NCBI GenBank assembly: GCA_965261085.1
Contig: OZ253442.1
Span: forward strand, 1,248,001 to 1,312,000
From: a bacterium
GTDB taxonomy: Bacteria > UBA8248
DNA: 64,000 nt
Direction: 5' to 3'
Shown here: piece by piece, positions 57,956-64,000 of the stretch
Layout of the letters: each line of letters starts with the position of its first letter
Numbering within the stretch: the stretch's first letter is position 1
Position numbers and translations under genes: made by a program
The notes under the pieces: model-generated
Databases searched by the model: none
The model's input: only the letters and a program-made list of their open reading frames with translations
What the model was told of the DNA's origin: nothing

Positions 57956-60900
57956 ATGTCTTTGCGATTCTCGGACGACGGCCCGGAATTTCCCGATGAA
58001 CTTGTAGACGACCTGCTTAAAGGCGAGGTTGTGTTCCTATGCGGGGCTGGGGTAAGTGCGCCTCAACTGCCCGGGTTTAAGCAACTGGTTTGCCAGTGTT
58101 TTAAGCCTCTCAACGTTTCAATGAACGATACCGAAAAAATAGCCTTTAAAGCAGAACGGTACGAAGAAGTCTTGGGATCGCTTAGTCGACGTATAGTCGA
58201 CCCTAGCGAATTGACGAAAGTTGTCTCTAAGGAAGTACAAGCACCAAGTAGGGTCAACCTTTCCAACCATCGCACAATCCTTCGCCTATCACGCGACCTC
58301 GAAAATAGGCCTACTATCGTCACTACCAACTTCGACACTTTATTCGAGAGGGCAGTAAACGAAGCAGGATTCACAGACAAGGTTGCCAACCTCAGCTTTG
58401 CGGGACAAGAAATCCCCGCGCCCGGAAGCGTAGGCTTCGGTGGCATCATCCATATTCATGGCCGGATAGCCGATGAACAGATTCAACTCGGTCAGACACC
58501 ACTGGTTTTCACTAGCGCTGACTATGGCGATGCCTATCTGCGATCTGGTTGGGCATCCCGCTTCTTTTTCGATCTGGTGCGCTGCAAGACGCTCGTGCTC
58601 GTAGGATATAGCGCTGGTGATGCTCCGGTGCGTTATCTTCTGAATGTTCTTGAGAACGATCGAGAACGCTTCCCGGATTTGCGGTTGGTCTACGCGTTTG
58701 ATGGGATTGATACGGATGCTGCAGAAGCTGTGGCGCGCTGGGCATCATTGGCAGTTCCTCCGCTTTTCTATCAGAAGAAAAAGGATTCTAAAAAACGTCA
58801 CGAAGCTTTATGGAATGATCTTTCCTTATTGGCTGACCTGATTGAATGTCCTAAAGCGACTAGGCGTTCAATGGTTCAAGAAATTCTTGAGAAGTCCTTC
58901 GAAGAAACTGACGACAAAGAACGAGATAACGTTAGCTGGTTGTTTAACGAACGAAGCGATCTATGGGGCGTTGCTATCCGAGCGATTCATGATCCCGACT
59001 GGTTCGATTTTCTGGCAGATAAAAATCTATGGTCTAACGATGATGCTGCGTGGGTACTCGCCGCATGGATAGCCCGCGATTTTACAGATGCCCAGCGTTT
59101 TCAGACTGCAATCAAATGGCACAATCAGAAGCTCAGTGAAGAAATTGCCAGACGCCTATTGTATAGAGAATCAAAGCAGGAAGTTTCTGATATTTGGCTT
59201 CGAACTTGGCGTTTGTTGACAAGAAATGTACCTCTCCAAAATGCAGACGATGGAATCCCATTTTATGAAATCAAACAGATACTGGCGGGGCCAGTCGTCT
59301 TGCGTGCAGATATTGAGAAAGCTGTGGATTTACTTTCCCCAAGGGTTAAGCTCTCGACTCGGACTCTTTACGGTACACCTATACCGGAAAATCCCAATAG
59401 GCTTGCTGATCTGGCCTATGTGGAGATAACAGGCCCCAATCACAATGATTCATCCGATCTCATTGAGGCCTTGCTCAAGATTCCGTGTCACGAAGAACTA
59501 GTGGGAATTGCAACAACTGCTCTGCGTTCAGCTATTGGCTATATGGTCGATGCCGAGTTAATTGGCGATGCCTATGATGAGAATGACTTTAGCGTACCAT
59601 CAATCGAAAAGCATCCACAAAACAATCATCGTGACGGGGTTAGATTTTTGGTTCGGCTTTTGGTGGGACTACTACCACTGGTGGCGAAAACAGATCCCGA
59701 AGTCGTCAGGCGATATGTAGAAGAGTGGAAAAACATTCCAGGGCGCATAGGCAAGAGATTGTCGTTGCATGCGTTTAGGGATGAAGCGCTTTTCACGGCT
59801 AACGAAGCATTAAACTATGTTTTGAGTTTGTCCGAGGTGGACTTTTGGATAATTCGCCGTGAACTTGCTCTTGTGCTTCGGGACCGTGCTGGTACCGCCG
59901 ATGAAGCACTTGTTCGAGAGGTTGAAGAGCGCATCATCTCTGAAGGAGATCGGTTTTTTCAGCGTTATAGTGTCGAAGAAGGACAACCCGATTGGCGACC
60001 ATACGCTCGGGATAGAGATGTTTGGTTGTTACTCAACATGATGGCCGAAGCAATAGTCATTTCTGAAATTGGTCAAACAGAACTTGAAGAAATCAAGGCC
60101 AGACGTGCGCACCTTAAGCGCAAGGTCGAGTGCCGAGACTTTTTCAGTTCCTACACTTCTGGTGTTCGTACCGTAACCGGGGACGCAAAGCCGATTTTAG
60201 AAGCGGATGAGGATGATAAACTACGTGTCGCTCATGAGTTAATGCAGAGTCCAGATATCGAGAAACAAGAAGGGTGGAACACCTACTGCCGATCTGATCC
60301 GAAAGGTGCCCTCAACGTTCTAAAGGAAGCGCCTCTTGAACTCGCAAATACTCGCCTCTGGCAAGACTTAATTTCTGCGCTTTATATTGCCAACGAGGAG
60401 GAAAGAACAAAACGCGAACATATTGTTATTGATGTTTTCCAGATACTTGAGTCTGCAAAAAATGATTTCATCCTTAATCTCCTCATGGAACTCACCCAGT
60501 TGTACCGCTCTACGCCACGCAAAAAGATAACAAACAGTAATGATTGGTGGACTCGACTTTTTGAACTTACGAGCAAATCTGAAATTAGACTTCTTGACGC
60601 AAAGCAAAATTTTTATGGTCGCTCGATCAATTCACCCTCTGGTCATCTTACCGAGGCGCTATTGCTAGATGTAGAGGAATGTCACAAAGCGGCTCGGACA
60701 ATTCCAGAGGTATATCTAAACAATCTCATTACTGCCGCAACGTCCGACGGGTCTTCCGGCACTCTTGCCCGTGCGCCTCTTGTCCACAATGCAGCATTTC
60801 TTTTGTCAGTTATTCCTGAGTTTGATGCCACCCCCTTGGTTGATGCTTTATCAGGTGACGATACTGAAAGCGCTGGTTTGAGAGCAGTGCTTGTTACCAA

Positions 60901-61561
60901 CAGTTCAACCACATTGAAGTTTTTCCAAGTTTTTTCTTCTCAAATCCTGAGAGGAGCGAGAGAATTTGATGGTTCTGGTCATGAGACGCAAACCGCTGCC
61001 TCGAAAATATTACTGCCGCTCGTTTACGTTTTATTGGGAAACGAAGAAGCAAAGGATTGTGGGATTACAAAGCGAGAAGTCATTAGAACACTGCGTGAAG
61101 GCTCCAACGAACTTAGGGTCGGCGCTGTCCAATGTTTGTCGTATTGGGTAAGAAAACTCAGAGACCGGCCAGCCGAAAAAAACTGGAGAGACATAATAGG
61201 CCTACTTCACGACGCGGTTTGGCCGCGTGAACGTCGCTTCCGCGACTGTTCAATTAGCCAACACTTCGGATCACTCGCTGTTGGTGCAGGTGATGCCTTC
61301 CCGGAAGCACTGGAGCAGTTGCTGCCTTATCTTGTCCCGCTTACTCGTTATGGAAGTATCCATGATATTGAGCAGTCTAAGGCTCCAGACAAACATCCGC
61401 ACGAGACGTTGAAATTACTTTGGATTCTTTGTGGCCCCAAAAGCAATCGAGAGTTCCATGAAATGCCAAAGGTACTCAACCGCCTAATCGAAGCCGATCC
61501 TTCGATTGAAACTGATCGCAGATTCCAATGGCTGGAGCAAAACACGACACGCTTTGAGTAA
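57956..61561 (+). CDS. Large SIR2-domain protein, DSR1-like anti-phage sirtuin
   Basis: GPEFPDEL, VVFLCGAGVS, VTTNFDTLFE, HIHG, DYGDAYL.SGWASRF, VGYSAGDAPV; ~1200 aa helical C-terminus; AT-richer. Confidence 0.85.
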   Translation: MSLRFSDDGPEFPDELVDDLLKGEVVFLCGAGVSAPQLPGFKQLVCQCFKPLNVSMNDTEKIAFKAERYEEVLGSLSRRIVDPSELTKVVSKEVQAPSRVNLSNHRTILRLSRDLENRPTIVTTNFDTLFERAVNEAGFTDKVANLSFAGQEIPAPGSVGFGGIIHIHGRIADEQIQLGQTPLVFTSADYGDAYLRSGWASRFFFDLVRCKTLVLVGYSAGDAPVRYLLNVLENDRERFPDLRLVYAFDGIDTDAAEAVARWASLAVPPLFYQKKKDSKKRHEALWNDLSLLADLIECPKATRRSMVQEILEKSFEETDDKERDNVSWLFNERSDLWGVAIRAIHDPDWFDFLADKNLWSNDDAAWVLAAWIARDFTDAQRFQTAIKWHNQKLSEEIARRLLYRESKQEVSDIWLRTWRLLTRNVPLQNADDGIPFYEIKQILAGPVVLRADIEKAVDLLSPRVKLSTRTLYGTPIPENPNRLADLAYVEITGPNHNDSSDLIEALLKIPCHEELVGIATTALRSAIGYMVDAELIGDAYDENDFSVPSIEKHPQNNHRDGVRFLVRLLVGLLPLVAKTDPEVVRRYVEEWKNIPGRIGKRLSLHAFRDEALFTANEALNYVLSLSEVDFWIIRRELALVLRDRAGTADEALVREVEERIISEGDRFFQRYSVEEGQPDWRPYARDRDVWLLLNMMAEAIVISEIGQTELEEIKARRAHLKRKVECRDFFSSYTSGVRTVTGDAKPILEADEDDKLRVAHELMQSPDIEKQEGWNTYCRSDPKGALNVLKEAPLELANTRLWQDLISALYIANEEERTKREHIVIDVFQILESAKNDFILNLLMELTQLYRSTPRKKITNSNDWWTRLFELTSKSEIRLLDAKQNFYGRSINSPSGHLTEALLLDVEECHKAARTIPEVYLNNLITAATSDGSSGTLARAPLVHNAAFLLSVIPEFDATPLVDALSGDDTESAGLRAVLVTNSSTTLKFFQVFSSQILRGAREFDGSGHETQTAASKILLPLVYVLLGNEEAKDCGITKREVIRTLREGSNELRVGAVQCLSYWVRKLRDRPAEKNWRDIIGLLHDAVWPRERRFRDCSISQHFGSLAVGAGDAFPEALEQLLPYLVPLTRYGSIHDIEQSKAPDKHPHETLKLLWILCGPKSNREFHEMPKVLNRLIEADPSIETDRRFQWLEQNTTRFE

Positions 61562-61628
61562 GAGGCATGAGAGTATATTAACATTTTCGGAAACTGGCCC
61601 CTCCACGCCGCTCCGGGAGTATTCACCC

Positions 61629-61657
61629 ATGCTCATTGTGAACGAGAGGCTCCGAAT
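61629..61657 (+). pseudogene. arfB: Second arfB 5' end, interrupted by IS1595
   Basis: 29 nt identical to 57375-57403, preceded by the same CGGGAGTAT. Confidence 0.8.
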
Positions 61658-61745
61658 GGGAATTATATACGAAATTACCCAAAAACACTTTACAAATGAG
61701 TCGGGTTAGGGTAAACTGTTGCCATAAGTAAATGGAGGTTACAAG

Positions 61746-62726
61746 ATGGCGCAGAGAGCACCCGGCAAGGCATACCGGAAGGGGATTTCACTCGTAGAGT
61801 TAATTCGCATGTTTCCCGACGATGCGGCCGCGGAGGCATGGTTCATCAAGACGCGCTGGCCCGTGGGCGTATGTTGCCCCGAATGCGGGAGCCTGAACGT
61901 TCAGGAGCGCAAAACACGTAAGCCCCAGCCTTTCCGTTGCCGTGATTGCCGCAAGGATTTCTCGGTAAAGACCGGAACGCTCATGGAGGGGTCGAAGCTG
62001 GGCCTTCAAAAATGGGCCATCGCCTTCTACCTTTCCTCCACGAACCTCAAGGGCGTCTCCTCCATGAAACTACACCGCGATCTGGGCGTTACACAGAAAA
62101 CCGCATGGTTCATGATGCACCGTATCAGGGAGACGTGGCGCGATAATGGCGGGCTATTCGATGGCCCTGTCGAGGTAGACGAAACCTACGTGGGCGGGAA
62201 GCGAAAGAACATGCCGAAGGCCAAGCGGGAGAAATTAGAGGGTCGGGGAATCGCCGGGAAGGCCGTGGTAGCCGGCGTAAAGGATCGGGAAACGAACCTC
62301 ATTAAGGCCAGCGTGGTGGAATCGACCGATAAGGAAACATTGCAGGGCTTCGTTCATGAACGGGTAAAGAGCGGGGCCAAGGTATATACCGATGACCATA
62401 CCTCCTATCAGAACATGCGCGGATTCGACCATGAGGCCGTAAAGCATAGCGTCGGCGAATACGTGCGGAAGCAAGCCCATACGAACGGCGTGGAGAGTTT
62501 CTGGGCGATGCTCAAGCGGGCGCACAACGGCGTTTTTCACAAGATGAGCCGTAAGCATCTGGGCAGGTATGTAAACGAGTTCGCGGGCCGCCACAATATG
62601 CGCCCCATGGATACCATCGACCAGATGGAATCCATGGTTTCAGGAATGAACGGCAAGCGACTCCGCTATAAGGAATTGGTAGCACCAACACCTAAGCGTT
62701 CTCCGCAGGGCTTGTATCTGTTTTAG
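61746..62726 (+). CDS. IS1595-family DDE transposase
   Basis: RWP...CPECGS..FRCRDCRKDFSV.TGT zinc ribbon, KTAWFM.HRIR, VEVDETYVGG, VYTD, HTNGVESFW, Y.NEF..R.N. Confidence 0.95.
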   Translation: MAQRAPGKAYRKGISLVELIRMFPDDAAAEAWFIKTRWPVGVCCPECGSLNVQERKTRKPQPFRCRDCRKDFSVKTGTLMEGSKLGLQKWAIAFYLSSTNLKGVSSMKLHRDLGVTQKTAWFMMHRIRETWRDNGGLFDGPVEVDETYVGGKRKNMPKAKREKLEGRGIAGKAVVAGVKDRETNLIKASVVESTDKETLQGFVHERVKSGAKVYTDDHTSYQNMRGFDHEAVKHSVGEYVRKQAHTNGVESFWAMLKRAHNGVFHKMSRKHLGRYVNEFAGRHNMRPMDTIDQMESMVSGMNGKRLRYKELVAPTPKRSPQGLYLF

Positions 62727-62735
62727 GACAACACC

Positions 62736-62996
62736 TTATCCCGACAGAGAATGCCGCCGATTTTTTCTGTTTAGCGGGTCGGCCAAAATTGTTTTACGCA
62801 TGGCTTCTTTGTCAAAAGAAGGGGCCGTTTTTCGATCTGGCATTCTGGCGGCAATTTTCTTTAACAGTTCGTCCGTGCTTCGCATGATTCCGAGAACAGC
62901 GGTTTTGAATTGCTTAATTTGTCGGTCTTTTTCTTCTGGCGGAGCCATCATGAATTCAATCATGACATTGAGGCCAGTTCGTTGATTCGCGTGCAT
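62736..62996 (-). CDS. Hypothetical protein
   Basis: 86 aa ORF with a GAAGGG RBS-like sequence, convergent with the transposase. Confidence 0.45.
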   Translation of the reverse strand: MHANQRTGLNVMIEFMMAPPEEKDRQIKQFKTAVLGIMRSTDELLKKIAARMPDRKTAPSFDKEAMRKTILADPLNRKNRRHSLSG

Positions 62997-63034
62997 GTCT
63001 AAACCCTTCCGATAGGCACACCTATCCTAAGAGG

Positions 63035-63164
63035 TTGACATGAGCACTTTGTGGGGATATATTCAGGTTGCTTATGACTGAACATATCCCGTAAGCGGTC
63101 ATGTCAACCTGGCGAACGGGCGGAACGGAATTGAGGGCGTCGCGAGCGCCCTCTTTTCATTTTT
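63035..63164 (+). ncRNA. Putative ~95-nt small RNA unit (promoter plus intrinsic terminator, no ORF)
   Basis: TTGACA-17-TATATT at 63035-63063; GAGGGCG/CGCCCTC hairpin followed by TTTTCATTTTT at 63133-63164. Confidence 0.45.
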
Positions 63165-63426
63165 AGGATCAATGATCTGGCCCCGCTCGTCAAGCTCCGG
63201 CGAAAATCTCCTGTTGTATTTTCTGCTCTATTTCCATTACAATCCCCTCACGCCAAACGATTCAAACATAGACCCAGCACCACCGGGTCGCCCGCCGAAT
63301 AAAAGATCGCGCCACTCGGCGCGAGAATAGGCGGGGAATCCACCTTATGTTTGATTCGTTTGGCGACCGACCCGGCCCCAGAGGGGCTGGGCGGGCGGCC
63401 TGTTTTTACACACGGAGGGATGAACC

Positions 63427-64000
63427 ATGCGTTACGTTCTGGCGGTTGTGTTGTTGGTTTGTTCTGTATCATTCGCCTTTGGCGCAGACTACACGGTCAT
63501 CGAAAAGATCAACCGACCCTACAGTGGCCGCCATCGCTTGCTCATGAAGATACGGGCGACCGATGCGAATACGGGTGAGGCAATACTTGAGACCATGATG
63601 GACGCGGCCATGGATGCGCAGAAGGCAGAGGGAGCGCACGCCGTCAACGTGAAACTGTATCGAGACGTAAAGGGATCGGCGGATGGCATTATCACGTATT
63701 CCGTGGACGGATGCGGCTGGGCAAACCGGGAATGCAACGCCGGGAACAACTGGAGCCAAGTAATGGTCTGGGATCCTTATCGGCCCGGACATTTGGTGTT
63801 TAACAAGATTCCCGACCGCCTCAAGGATTATGGCCGCCCCACCGGCAAACAGATGAAAGCGGCCAAGGCGGGAACATGCAAAGCAGACTTGAATTGTTGG
63901 GATAAGAAACACCGGGTAGATGCCATCACCAGTTGCCAGATTATGATTGAGGTCATATCGGATCGGGCAAGATATAAATACAAGTGGACGACCGGATGGC
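63427..64000 (+). CDS. Secreted Cys-containing hypothetical protein, runs off the window
   Basis: Not in the ORF track. GGAGG RBS; MRYVLAVVLLVCSVSFAFGA signal peptide; open to the end of the window (..CKADLNCWDKKH..SCQIMIE..YKWTTGW). Confidence 0.7.
   Translation, partial: MRYVLAVVLLVCSVSFAFGADYTVIEKINRPYSGRHRLLMKIRATDANTGEAILETMMDAAMDAQKAEGAHAVNVKLYRDVKGSADGIITYSVDGCGWANRECNAGNNWSQVMVWDPYRPGHLVFNKIPDRLKDYGRPTGKQMKAAKAGTCKADLNCWDKKHRVDAITSCQIMIEVISDRARYKYKWTTGW

Larger units (their letters stand above)
61658..64000 (+). mobile_element. IS1595-family element with passenger DNA; right end not seen
   Basis: GGGAATTATATACG left end exactly where arfB identity stops; promoter TTTACA-17-TAAACT (61689-61717); transposase follows; no matching inverted end found in the window. 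Confidence 0.65.

Overview
GC-rich (roughly 60-65% by eye) bacterial chromosomal segment, interrupted by several AT-richer inserts. It carries many transport and catabolic genes: TAXI-TRAP next to lhgO, an Aap-type amino-acid ABC system, a 9-gene M24/cyclase/ABC/2xBKACE/TPP operon, tandem SulP genes and a TauD dioxygenase. It also has tRNA-Pro(TGG), two toxin-antitoxin modules (one with a frameshifted toxin), candidate defence genes (KAP NTPase, ABC-ATPase plus PD-(D/E)xK pair, DSR1-like sirtuin), an IS1595 with passenger DNA, and several palindromic or MITE-like repeats. The strongest hidden signal is a selenoprotein that the ORF track splits in two. 12423-13028 reads through an in-frame TGA (H-U-G-S-S, a UGSC-family variant) followed by a canonical bacterial SECIS hairpin, inside a CoA-transferase/crotonase operon. 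selA and selB lie in the same window in a lower-GC block. Several duplication junctions are visible at nucleotide level: a chimeric mini-ORF between twin SBP genes, a second arfB start, and a repeated tauD 3' end. All product calls come from motif recognition, not database searches.
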